A stretch of DNA of 64,000 bases from Octopus sinensis (taxonomy: Eukaryota), in NCBI RefSeq assembly GCF_006345805.1, contig NC_043000.1, positions 114,576,001-114,640,000 of the forward strand, written 5' to 3'. The notes below the pieces were generated by a model, which was given only the letters and a program-made list of their open reading frames with translations, did not search any database and had not been told where the DNA came from. The translations under genes were made by a program, and so were the position numbers. This document shows positions 50,560 through 62,530 of the stretch, in pieces (position 1 is the first letter of the stretch; each line of letters starts with the position of its first letter).

Positions 50560-51200
50560 TCCAAGCCTGTAAATACATAGAATCGGCCAGCACAGCTTTT
50601 AAGCGACGCTGGTATAATCACCGGTCACTCTTCAGGGTCCCAGAAAGACGATTCGTCACATCCCTAGTAAGACATGAGTGGCACCTCAAAGATCAAAGGA
50701 CCCCACACGATATCGTGTGGAAGATCTTAGAACAACCGGGCCCCTACATCAAAGGGAGCAGGCGCTGCAAACTCTGCATAGCTGAGCGAGCCAGAATACT
50801 TAAAGATTCTATTAGGCCTGTATCGCTGAACGCCCGTCAAGAAATAGTCACACAATGCGTCCATTTCAAGCGCTACCTGCTGCAAAACTGGGATTCCCTG
50901 CTCGCTGATTAAGCTTGTAAGAGTCCTTAAGATCTGTTAGCAGGCTACGAGATAAATTCCTATTTCCCAATATTGGCTGCTCTAGGGGAGACAACCCGTC
51001 CTCACCAACGCCGGAACTTTCATTCTCTGATGGCCTTTTGACCAATCAACCGTAACAACTTTCCACCTTCGAGAGGCGAAGAGCTAAAATTGTCTTTGCA
51101 TAGAGTCTGTTGAGCTGCCCACAAGGCTGTAGCTATCGTGGATGCGAAACCATTGGTCACTCTTTGACCAGACTTTAACTTCATTGCTTTAATACTTCAC
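50560..51200 (+). mobile_element. Penelope-like GIY-YIG C-terminus plus 3' region
   Basis: KYIESASTAFKRRWYNH...IVWKIL...RCKLCIAE...LNARQEIVTQCVH, stop at 50912. Confidence 0.85.
51099..51166 (+). ncRNA. Type I hammerhead ribozyme fold with CUGUUGA core
   Basis: Stem I catagagt/actctttg (7 of 8 pairs), core CTGTTGA at 51107-51113, interrupted stem II gc..ccac/gtgg..gc, GAAA at 51146-51149, stem III ACC-att-GGT, cleavage triplet GTC ending at 51158. Confidence 0.65.
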
Positions 51201-51269
51201 TGCTCGATATTCTAGAGTGTGCTTCTTATGCGGATGTATGATACATTGACAATATATATACGAAAATAA

Positions 51270-51499
51270 GGCGGCGAGCTGGCAGAAACGTTAACATGCC
51301 GGGCGAAATGCTTAGCGGTATTTCGTCTGCCGTTACGCTCTGAGTTCAAATTCCGCCGAGGTCGAGTTTGCCTTTCATCCTTTCGGGGTCGATAAATTAA
51401 GTACCAGTTACACACTGGGGTCGATGTAATCGACTTAATCCCTTTTTCTGTTCTTGTTTGTCCCCTCTGTGTTAAGACCCTTGTGGGTAGTAAAGAAAT
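51270..51499 (+). mobile_element. SINE family 1, solo head + body + tail A
   Basis: Probable TSD ata(t/c)atacgaaaa. Confidence 0.9.
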
Positions 51500-51726
51500 A
51501 AATATACATACGAAAAGGAAAAATGCAAGCAAAGGGTAACAATATTCCTAAGTATTTAATAAACCTAGAAAAATACAAGACAAGAAATAAGCCTAAAATA
51601 AAACAAAAGAGCTTAAAATATTACAGCTAAAATAAAATTTGAATGTGTTGACAAATAAATAAAATATTCAACTAAGCCAAGCCATTCAAAACTGATCAAC
51701 CGTCGGTCACCCAAGAAGAAAGCTTA

Positions 51727-52205
51727 AAATACTGCAGATAAATATAAAACTCGATAAAAATAATCTGATGCTTTATCATAAATTTCCATGTCTCAGATTG
51801 TCGCCACTAGGTGGGAGTTGTTCGCTCCCTTCTTTGCAATATGCCGGACACAGATATTGTGTTGTTAACTAGCTGGAGGTATCCTCCTGGGTTTAAAAAG
51901 ACTACTAACACTGTTCTACGCAGAACAACCACGTTGGGGTGGTAACAAACATTACTTTTCACTAGAGTTTACTACTTACATCTCTTATAGAGATTTTAGA
52001 ACAAGAAACATGGCTTGTTGAAAAATCAGCGGCTGTTTGTCGGACACCTCCAGCTAGTTAACAACACAATATCTGTGTCCGGCATATTGCAAACAAGGGA
52101 CCGAACAACTGCCACCTAGTGGCGACAATCTTTATCTGAGACATGGAAATTTATGATAAAGCATCAGATTATTTTTATCGAGTTTTATATTTATCTGCAG
52201 TATTT
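51727..52205. mobile_element. MITE-like foldback element with TIRs of about 160 bp
   Basis: 51727-51884 is the near-perfect reverse complement of 52042-52205. Confidence 0.9.
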
Positions 52206-52399
52206 GCGTAACTGTTTGGACGTAGTGGCTCGCAAGTGGTGCATTTTAATGCTTCCGCCAACTTTTGGTCGCAGCTCTCATCGAAAAATGCAAACAGTTG
52301 CTGAGATTGACGGTAAGTGGTTGTCTAAAGGAAAGATTACGTGATTTCATTGTTTACTCCTTTCAGCTTTATGCATGGCCTACTTTTGCTAGACTTGTT

Positions 52400-54290
52400 T
52401 TACGCCAGACTTGCAGGAGCGACAGTGATAGAAAGAAAGAGAACATCAGAAGAGACACTTTCTACAAATTCTAGGTTCGTTTCAGATTAGCACCGATAGA
52501 AGTTTTGAAATTGCCGAAGGAGATAGCGTTTACCTAAACGCTCGAATCTGAAGAGGAAGACGAGGAACACTTTACGCCGGCTGTAGCTGGCGGTGACAAA
52601 GAGGGGGGATAGTAGAAGGGGCTGGTTAATAGAAGGAACAACATTAAGTAGTATCCACTTCTAGCTATGCAAGGGACTGGTGAATCTATCTGGTCACTGT
52701 CCCCGGAAGCAGACGAGCAGGAGACTTCCGCTCTAACCAACTTCTACTCCATCGGCTTGCGACAATTGGGGTGTAAAAGAGACTGGAAAGGAATAGCGAA
52801 TTATCAGCAAGAAAGAGAAGAGAAGACGACAAAGAAGGAAGAGCAGTCTGACCTAAATGTATATAAAATGTAACATGAAGACGACGACGGCAATGACGCG
52901 AGAATTAGGGTAGATAGAAAGAAAAACCAGAAATTTATAAAGAAAATAACAGAGATATGCTGCAACGGATACTGTCTCGCTGCATTAATTAATCAAGGTT
53001 AATTAGAACGGGAATACAAGTGATGCAACTGGCAGACTTTTCCTTAAAATAGTATCAAGTTTTGACAACTAGTTAAAAATAAGAGTATCCGGAGGAAGTA
53101 GGACCTTTCTTTGTAAAGGATGTTGTAAAGGATGTTGTCTAGAAGGGATCGGGTGCATTATATTCTAGTACGAGCAATGGCGTTAGGACGATGTTTTAGG
53201 GAGGTTTTGTCCTATTTAAATAATAGATTCTCACCAGTATATGAGTGAGAAACCTTACATGCATCTCTGTTTTTAAATATATCTTTTTGTTGTTGTTATT
53301 ATTTAAAAATTTCTTATTTTAAAAGATCGTATCGCATGCGTGGGCTTACAGGAATACCCTCTCTTGCTTTTTCTGTACGTGCTGGTTCTTGAGTCACTGG
53401 TGCAAAAATAGGAACAGTTGGAATAGATTTCTTTCGAACTGGGACTCAAGAGGCCTATGAGGTCAACGTCACCGCCATAGCGTCAGATGCCATCATGATG
53501 GTGGAAGCAGCAAGCACCATTCTAAAGGAATACGTGACGGTGACAGGGACTAAGATTCTCCTGGGTAAGCTATTAACTGAAGAAGCAGGTTCATTCCGTC
53601 AGAAGACCTCGTTTGACGCTGGACCACGAATCGGTTAAACGGCTCAGAATCTAGGTCAGTCCTGACGCCCAGGCGAAAAACAAACAACGAACAAAGTAAC
53701 GGACAGGGTGGTCATTCTTATCTGGAACTGGGCCGAGGAAAAACTGTCCCAGGAACGTCATCAGGCGGAGACAGTGAATACCTACATTGTTCATCGTCTG
53801 ACAAATCTTGTTCCAGATTAGAGCGTCTTCTGTTCAACTTGTTGTAGAAAGGATCTGTTCCACTGGGGAGGCGGTCCATCAACAGCCATCACTCTATGAA
53901 TGGCAGACCAGAGCTGCATTTCTAGGTGAAGCAAAGATCGATACTAGACGTCTTATACCTAGAATGTTGTCAGGTGCTCAGTTCTTTGCCAGTTGGGTAA
54001 CGAGATCGGTGGATGTTCTACTCTACAAATGCACAGATGATGATTAGTGTCCGGAAAGAGTGATAATGTTCTCAGGAAAACTTTAGGTGTTAACAGAAGC
54101 GATTTCAAGAGATTGCTCCGAAGGATTTTCGGATCAAGAACTACGATGGCCAGTTTCCATAAGCCCACGACCTGGCAGCGCTATAGAAGAGCACTACCGG
54201 TTCGAGGTAAACTTTATAGGTACTGAAGCACAATCAGAGAAACTTGACCGAGATGCATGCAGAGCATCGAAACCGTTCATTACACTTTCG
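52400..54290 (+). mobile_element. Decayed L1/Tx1-like LINE pieces
   Basis: An acidic ORF1-like start (ESEEEDEEHF) and, near 53780-53930, a segment resembling 55310-55500 (NTYIVHRLT, LERLLFNLL). Confidence 0.5.
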
Positions 54291-54302
54291 TTCGTAACAG
54301 GT

Positions 54303-54376
<74 letters not shown>

Positions 54377-54382
<6 letters not shown>

Positions 54383-54925
54383 TAATAAATAAAATATATG
54401 CATACATACAAACATATATGTACGTACCTACATCTACATGTATATATACATGCATATATAAATATATATACGTGAGTACAGGACACCACAACTAGACGTA
54501 GAACTCAACGAGAAAAGAAAACGGAAAAGCCATTTTTTTACAACAGAGAAACAGAGACATGGAACTCAACGTGAAACGAAAACGAGAAAACCATTTTTTT
54601 ACAACAGAAAAACAGTACAGGACATACTACACAAGGAAAAATCCCCAATCATCAGCTGTCACTAGTAGACTCAAGCGTATTGCCTTCGAAACACGCTTGA
54701 GTCTACTAGTGACAGCTGATGATTGGGGATTTTCCTTGTGTAGTATGCCCTGTACTCTGTTTTTCTGTTGTAAAAAAATGGTTTTCCCGTTTTCGTTTCT
54801 CGTTGAGTTCTACGTCTAGTTGTGGTGTCCTGTACTCACGTATAATATACATATATATATACATGTAGATGTAGGTACGTACACATATGTTTGTATGTAT
54901 GCATATATTTTATTTATTACACTAT
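54377..54925. repeat. 549-bp palindrome with a 14-nt loop (54679-54692)
   Basis: The arms are near-perfect reverse complements; the left arm has an internal duplication of about 60 bp. Confidence 0.95.
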
Positions 54926-55157
54926 TGTCTGACAGCGCCTTCGCGTCGGGTTCGATTCGATTCGTCGCTTCGTTCCGTTTCTTATCCTCCCAGTAATGTT
55001 TTATATATATATATATATAATTATATTAAATTAGAGATAAAACCACTATTAGGCAAATCAAACAATGAAAAACTTAAGCCAATACATAAAATTAATTAAT
55101 TTATATTATTTTAAATATATATCAAAAGTATTAAAAGTTTAATAAAAGATAATGAGT

Positions 55158-55234
55158 AAAACACTACGATCGTTTCATGGCTGTCCAATTCGTAATAATT
55201 CGAGTTATGGTTACAGTCAATCTTCAGGTAATTG
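55158..55234 (-). ncRNA. Type I hammerhead-like fold (Penelope-type)
   Basis: caattac-CTGAAGA-ttgactgt...acagccat-GAAA-CGATCGT-A-gtgttt: palindromic stem III, imperfect stems I and II. Confidence 0.55.
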
Positions 55235-55304
55235 AAATATTTATCTTAGCGAGGTAAGATAAATATTTCAATGCGCAGATTTCCTGCGCAGATGTTCATA
55301 GCAT

Positions 55305-56150
55305 CAGTAGTCACCTACCGCCTGACCGTGGTGCCTTGACCCGATTTGTGGCTGAACAAGTTGGAGAGAATCCTTTTCCACTTTTTGTGGAAAGGAGGGA
55401 AGCCACTTGTAAAGCGCTCTGTCTGCTGCCAGAAACCGCTAAAGGGTGGGCTAGGGATGCCTTGGCTGAAGATGCGAAAGGTCGCGTTAAGGTTGAGGCA
55501 CCTCTGGCTTTACTTGGATGGAGAACTGGTGTGGTCACCGCACGTTCGGTTCTACTTTCCGCGATTAACGTCCTTAACGGACATTGGTAATTGGATCAAG
55601 CAGAGACCTAGGCTGGGGGACTGGCAATTGGAGTGCCGTCAGGCACTTCAGCTACTCTCTCGGGCGTGCAATGCCGGCAACAGGAGTTCCACCACGGATT
55701 TCTATAGCGGGTTAGTGGAGGTTAAGTCCGAAGACGCCTTGGGGGAGACCCTGGGCTACGATGAAAATCAGTTGACCAACCTGTTCCGGAGAACGTTCGG
55801 GCCGGGGTACCTGGATAATTACCAGAAATCCCTGGCCTGGCAGTGTTTCCGTGCGGCGTTACCTGGCTTGTTTTTCCTGCGTAGTAGCCATACTGAAAGT
55901 ACAGTATGGAAGACGCGTATGAAAGGTATAGTGACAGGTACCTTTGTATCCGGCCAGGGGTTGGTTAACTTTTTCAGTTACCACCTCGGTAGTAAGATCA
56001 GGCTGGAGAAGAGGTGTCTGTCACGAGATATGTTTGCGAAAAGATGGAAGTCTGTAGCGTGCAAGCTGAGTATATCTGGCACCAGGTAAGTGTGGCCGGA
56101 TCAAGAAGTAAAGGTTCTACCCGGATGGCAGGGATCCGTGCCCTACTGTA
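55305..56150 (+). mobile_element. L1/Tx1-like LINE ORF2 3' part with internal deletion
   Basis: LERILFHFLWKGGKPLVKRSVCCQKPLKGGLGMP...SLAWQCFRAALP, joined to the C-terminal FVSGQGLVNFFSYHL. Confidence 0.8.
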
Positions 56151-56157
56151 TAATACA

Positions 56158-56394
56158 ACATTTTAAAAACTTTATATTGTAAATATTATATATATTTTAT
56201 TGTAATCAAAACGTGTTAAGCTACTACACATTTAAAAAACTTTATATTGTAAATATTATATAAACTTTATATTGTAAATATTATATATATTTTATTGTAA
56301 TCAAAACGTGTTAAGCTACTACACATTTTAAAAACTTTATATTGTAAATATTATATATATTTTATTGTAATCAAAACGTGTTAAGCTACTACAC
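56158..56394. repeat. 70-bp AT-rich tandem repeat, three copies
   Basis: Unit cattttaaaaactttatattgtaaatattatatatattttattgtaatcaaaacgtgttaagctactaca; copy 2 has an internal duplication. Confidence 0.9.
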
Positions 56395-56424
56395 CCTATA
56401 GTTGTGTTAAGCTACTACACCCTA

Positions 56425-56574
56425 TAGTTGTGGTGTCCTGTACTCACGTATAATATACATATATATATACATGTAGATGTAGGTACGTACACATATGTTT
56501 GTATGTATGCATATATTTTATTTATTACACTATTGTCTGACAGCGCCTTCGCGTCGGGTTCGATTCGATTCGTC
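56425..56574 (+). repeat. Exact 150-bp direct repeat of 54817-54966
   Basis: Identical by eye, from tagttgtggtg to cgattcgtc. Confidence 0.9.
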
Positions 56575-56629
56575 TGAATTTGTATGTCCCCTCTATGTAA
56601 CGCCTTAATAGCGAATCTTTCATGAAATA

Positions 56630-56925
56630 AAGTAGCTTGCTAACCAACCACATGGTTCCGGGTTCAGTCCCACTGTGTGGCATCTTGGGCAAGTGTCTTC
56701 TGCTATAGCCCCGGGCCGACCAATGCCTTGTGAGTGGATTTGGTAGACAGAAACTGAAAGAAGCCTATCATATATTATATATGTATGTGTGTGTGTGTGT
56801 TTGTGTGTCTGTGTTTGTCCCTCTAGCATAGAGACCGATAGAATAAGTCTCGGGGTCGATTTGCTCGACTAAAGGTGATGCTCCAGCATGGCCGCAGTCA
56901 AATGACTGAAACAAGTAAAAGAGAG
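56630..56925 (+). mobile_element. SINE family 2, internally deleted; a further head fragment lies at about 57213-57325
   Basis: Family 2 head, microsatellite and tail. Confidence 0.85.
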
Positions 56926-57491
56926 TATATCCACCTATCAGTAATCTGAGATTACTGACAGGTGAATACATACACATATATATAGAGGAGGAAGCACAAG
57001 TACCACAGAGCCGGATAGGTCGCAAGGTTTACAGACAACAGGTGGACTCGCGCAATTTTCGAGTGGTATCCAATAAAACATTTATATAATTTCTAACACT
57101 GGCAGTCTGTTAAGTCCCTATACATTGTGGGTGTTTAACTATGTCACTTAGATGAATTAACACTGTCCCCACAGTCTGTAGTTTTAACTATAATATATAC
57201 ATGTGGTGTGACATAGCCGTGTGGTAAGAAGCTTGATTCGAAACTACATGGTTTCGGGCTCAATCCCACTGTGTGGAACCTTGGGCAAGTGTCTTCTACT
57301 ATAGCCTCGGCCCGACCAAAGCCTTATTTATATATGTATGTATATATGTATGTATATATGTATGAGTACATAGAGTACATACATTCAGGCATACATGCAA
57401 GCATACACACATATATCCATACAGACATACATTACATATACATACATACACATGCATGCATACATACACGCATACATGCATACATGCACAC

Positions 57492-57548
<57 letters not shown>

Positions 57549-57649
57549 GAACATATGTATATGCACATACATACATACATATATATGTGTTTGTGTTACT
57601 TAACGCATGTTATCGATCCTACCCCCTACTGCTTTCTTTTATTTGTTCT

Positions 57650-57680
<31 letters not shown>

Positions 57681-58084
57681 TCACTTTACATCGTTTATTT
57701 TCTTGCACACGATTGTTTACGATTTTCACTTCTTTCTCTTCTTCTGTTCTCTCTCCCCCCCTCTCTCTCTCTCCTCTCTCACTTATATAAAATAATTATA
57801 GCACTTACTAATCCTTCCTCCCATCACCAATGAAACCACCACTGCCGCCGCCACCGCTACCACCACCACTATCACCTTCAAAAGCAACTCTCACCACGAC
57901 ATATTTTTTACCTTTAATTTACATGCATACTCATGCACACACACGGTGACATGAACACACACACACACACACTCACACACACATACACACACACTCATAT
58001 GATGACATGAATTCACGTGTATTTGTGTGTGTGTGTGTGTATGTGTGTGTGTGTGTGTGTGTAATCTTTATTGCATTATTTACT

Positions 58085-58620
58085 TTAATTTCCTCTTTTT
58101 TTTCCTAATTTCTCCTCTCCACCCCGAGCACTTCCCTCTCTACGTTCTTCCACTCAACTACTCCCCCTCTAAACACTCCTCCCCCGATCACAGACACACA
58201 CACTCCCCCCCTCTCTCTCTCTCTCTCCTCTATATTCGTTTCCTCCTATTTCTCTCTCCCGCTCTCTGTCTCCCACTCTCCCCCTCTCTCTTCCTGTCTC
58301 CATCTCCACCCCACCGTCTTTCTTTCCTCCTAGTCCCCCCAATCTCCCTCTCCCTCTCCCACATCTTCCACTCCTCCGAGTCTTTTCCCCTATCCTCCCT
58401 CTCTCTCTCTTTCCATGTCTCCCTCTCTTCCTATCTCCACCCCCTGACTCTCTCCTCCTTACACTTTCCCGCCTACCTCCTTCCCCCTTCTCCATCCCGT
58501 CTCTCTTCCTCAAATCTCTTCTTTCCTCGCTCTCCCCCCTTCTGTTACTCTCTCTTCCTCACCTTCTTGCCTCGTCTCCTCCCGTAGAGCCCCCACTCTC
58601 TCTCTTACTCTCAGCCCCCG
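58085..58620. repeat. Polypyrimidine (CT-rich) low-complexity tract
   Basis: Strong C/T bias on the plus strand. Confidence 0.85.
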
Positions 58621-59149
58621 CCACCTTGCACTATATGTATATTTAAATTACCCTTCACCTATGGCTTTCTCATTCTTCCGTTGCGTGTCTCCCCCAATTC
58701 AACTGGTGTTTTCATCTCAGTCCACTCGTCATTCTCGCCACTTCATTCCTTTCATCATACACAGTTTTTCCATCCGATGTGTCTCTTCATTGTTCTATCT
58801 GCCAAAACAGGACGATTCTGTTCCATTCACTGACTCAGGTAAGTACTAGACCCTTTTTCTATCATTAACAAGAGGACAATTTGGGTGGGAGCATAATGAG
58901 ATTCGATTTTAGCAAGTTCCAGCCTTTCATTTGATTTATACTTAAATTGGTGAAAATAGCATGGCAAGGGAGTTTCTCTAATTCGATGCAGAACAACTAC
59001 CTCAGGGGACTTCGTTTGTAAAAAAAAAAAAAGCCAGTTTTTCGTTTGTTTTTGTTCTCTCTTGATATTTCTAGTTTTCGGATAAAATTACATTGGCAAA
59101 AGTTGCGTACCCGTGCACACACATACACGTAAACACACTTATTAAAGAG

Positions 59150-59420
59150 GAAGGCCTGCCCACTTTTCCAGGATTGCGTTTTTGTCAGTGAGGAATGTTG
59201 TTCCGTTAGCACTGAGCAGTGGTGATGTTCCGAAGGACTGTGGCCTCTAGATGTCTTTCAGGACATCGTAGAAGCGCTTGGAGTTATTACTGTCAGCATA
59301 CTTCTGTGTCTCATCCACCCCTTACTGCTGAGTCAAGAAACCGTCATATCTCAGAGATTTACCCGTACCTTGCTTTTGGTGGTGTTGTGGGTCACTTTCT
59401 TGGACTGACTCATGCACAAG
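59150..59420 (-). mobile_element. RTE-clade LINE internal fragment
   Basis: DETQKYADSNNSKRFYDVLKDI*RPQSFGTSPLLSANGTTFLTDKNAILEKWA. Confidence 0.8.
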
Positions 59421-59499
59421 GATTACTAAATACAAGTCTTTTCTAGTGTTTTTTAAACTAGATTTTTTTTCATAGTCCTATATGAATTCCAGGCAAGAA

Positions 59500-59815
59500 A
59501 TGGCACTCTGTGGTTTACGACGACGAGGGTCCCAGTAGAATCCAATCAACGGAACAGCCTGCACGTGAAGTTGACGTGAAAGTGGCTGAGCGCTCCGCTG
59601 ACACTTAATATAGCTCTCAGGGAGATTCAGTGCGACGCAGAATGTAACAAGTCTGTCCCTTTGAAATGCAGGAACAACTAATTTTTGCCAACTGAGTGAA
59701 CTCGAGCAGCGTGAAATAAAGCGTCTTGCTGAAGGACAGAGCGCGCTGCCAGGATTTGAACTCACGACCTTACGATCGTGCCCCGAATACCCTAGTCTCT
59801 AAGCCACGTGCCTTC
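59500..59815 (-). mobile_element. tRNA-derived SINE family 4 (CORE-like)
   Basis: Head gtggcttagagactag...gagttcaaatcc, CORE-like ccttcagcaagacgctttatttcacgctgctcgagttcactcag. Confidence 0.7.
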
Positions 59816-60216
59816 ACTTGAACTCCATAGATTTAGAGATAATATTTTTTGCAGACTGCTTTAACCAGTCTTGCAAAAAGTAATATCATTAAATCCATCA
59901 TCGACATACCTTACCCTTTGCCGTCTCATCTTCTGGATGAAGTGATGTTGGCGTGTGTTGTCATCCCTTTGCAGTAAACAAGGACCAATGGGATTGGTGT
60001 AGCCCTTACTTCCGGAATTGACCCTAGGCTTTATATATCACCAGATTGATGTTTGTATTTATTTTAATTCTGTGCTGTGTGTTGAGCATTTCATCATAAC
60101 ACGTCTATTTTAAGGGAAAATCTGTGAAATATGGATGTGTTGTCCACTAATGTTTCCCTCTCCAGTTTTGTTTTTGTGTTGTGATTCTTGTTATACGAGA
60201 GAGAGAGAGAGAGAGG

Positions 60217-60257
<41 letters not shown>

Positions 60258-60632
60258 TTGTAAACGCATCCTCAGTGCCCCAGCATGGCCACAGCTCGTG
60301 AGCTGAAACTAGATGAAAATGAAAATGAAAAAATACCACACAAGTATTGATCTTTTCACGCTTTCATGCTTGTAATCGAATTAATAAATCTCATTGATAA
60401 TCGTAGCTTGTTCACGAGTCAGCTTTATCAGGTGATTACGTCCAGGATTCAGCTGTTGAAGAATGCCCAATCAATTCTATTACAAATCAATTCTAATACA
60501 AATAGGTAGCTATTCAGTTGATCGTAAAAACTGGGGAGGAATGGGTCAAAACATACGTCATTGCTCTTCAGATTTCGAATGAGACGTCGATACCGTTGAC
60601 TATATTAATCTGTCAATATATTAAATTCATCA

Positions 60633-61378
60633 GGCGGCGAGCTGGCAGAAACGTTAGCACAGCGGGCGAAATGCTTAGCGGTGTCGATTAATTAAGTACC
60701 AGTTGCGTACTGCGGTTGATCTAATCGACTGGCTCCCCCAAAAAAATTTCGAGCCTTGTGCCTAGAGTAGAAAAAAATAGATTAATTCATCAAGGCGGCG
60801 AGCTGGCAGAAACGTTAGCATGCCGGGCGAAATGAGTAGCCGTATTTCGTCTGCCGCTACGTTCTGAGTTCAAATTCCGCCGAGGTCGACTTTGCCTTTC
60901 ATCCTTTCGGGGTCGATAAATTAAGTACCAGTTACGCACTGGGGTTGATGTAATCGACTTAATACCTTTGTCTGTCCTTGTTTGTCCCCTCTATGTTTAG
61001 CTCCTTGTGGGTAGTAAAGAAATAGGTATTTCGTCTGCCGCTACGTCCTGAGTTCAAATTCCGCCGAGGTCGAGTTTGCCTTTCATCCTTTCGGGGTCGA
61101 TAAATTAAGTACCAGTTACGCACTGGGGTTGATGTAATCGACTTAATACCTTTGTCTGTCCTTGTTTGTCCTCTCTGTGTTTAGCCCCTTGTGGGTAGTA
61201 AAGAAATAGGTATTTCGTCTGCCGCTACGTTCTGTGTTCAAATTTCGCCGAGGTCGACTTTGCCTTTCAACCTTTCTGGGTCGATAAATTAAGTACCAGT
61301 TGCGTACTAGGGTTCATCTAATCGACTGGCACTCTCCCCCAAAATTTCGGGCCTTGTGCCAAGAGTAGAAAAGAATAT
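60633..61378 (+). mobile_element. SINE family 1 cluster: deleted copy (60633-60778) plus array head + 2 body/tailA + body/tailB (60794-61378)
   Basis: Junctions at 61025/6 and 61209/10. aattcatca at 60624, 60784 and 61382. Confidence 0.9.
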
Positions 61379-62314
61379 ATCAATTCATCAATAATTAAAA
61401 CTATCGATACGTTGTTGGATCTATTTTAATATGTAAATAGTGACAGGGTATTATTTTTCACTTGTTTCAGTCATTAGACTGCGGCCATGCTGGGGCACCG
61501 CATTGAAGCATTTTGATTGAAAGAATCGACCCCCACTTCTTATATTTTAAAACCTGGTACTTAATATATGTGTGTGTGTGTGTGTGTGTGGTGTGTGTGT
61601 GTATGTATATATATATATGTATACATATATATATGTATATATATATATATGTATATATATGTATATATCATCAATATCTATAAATCTGAAATGCGAGAAG
61701 TTTGTTTGTCTGGTTTTGGCATTGGAACCGTTCCGTTGTCACTGCCTGATATTTATGATTGATCTTTCAAAATATTTTTCTTTCTCAACTTACTTAATAT
61801 TGTGTGTTGTTTATAAATGGGAGAGAGATTGATAGAGAAATATAGAGAGTAAGAGAAAACGAGGGAGAGTCCGAGAGAAAGGAAGAGTAAGAGAGTGGGA
61901 AAGTGAGAGAGAAAGGAGAGAGAAACAAAGAGGGAGAATGTGGTAATAAAAAAACAGAAAGGAAGCAACAGAAAGTAACAACCACACTCTTACCCGCGCG
62001 TAGAGCGGTCACCTTAAGCTAGTGTTAGTATAAAATAGAACATCAAAAATCCCTAGAGCATCAAAAATCACTGTCTCCTGTTACCATGTTTGCTTATCGA
62101 TAACCAAATAACAAGCCTAGATGTCATCTAATGTTAATGATCTGTTGCTCTAATTGGGGTTGTTTTCACTGGAAAAGATAAGGTAAATAACAAGCTTCGA
62201 TGGATAATTGATTTCATAAGAAAATAAATACGTCCATGAATCGATAAAACACGAGGTAGGTTGGGTTTTGTTGGAGAAAAAATAATTAAATTAAAGCAAT
62301 ACTTACTATACAAA

Positions 62315-62530
62315 GGCGGCAAGCTGGCGAAACCGTTAGCATGCCAAGCAAAATGCTACCCGGGATTTTGTTTGTCTTTACGTTCTGAGTTCAAATTCCG
62401 CCGCGGTCACCTTTACTTTTTATCCTTTCGGGGTGGATAAATTAAGTACCAGTTGCGTACTGCGATCGATCTAATTGACTGGCCCCTTCCTCCAAAATTT
62501 CGGGCCCAGTACCTTGAGCAGAAAAGATTA
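62315..62530 (+). mobile_element. SINE family 1, solo tail-B subfamily copy
   Basis: Diverged head, ctttacg variant, tail ccaaaatttcggg...gcagaaaaga. Confidence 0.85.

Noticed and set aside
49962-50560. 5' part of the 316-aa ORF as a host protein
   Set aside because: It starts inside a SINE microsatellite; only the 3' part is recognisable, as a Penelope endonuclease.
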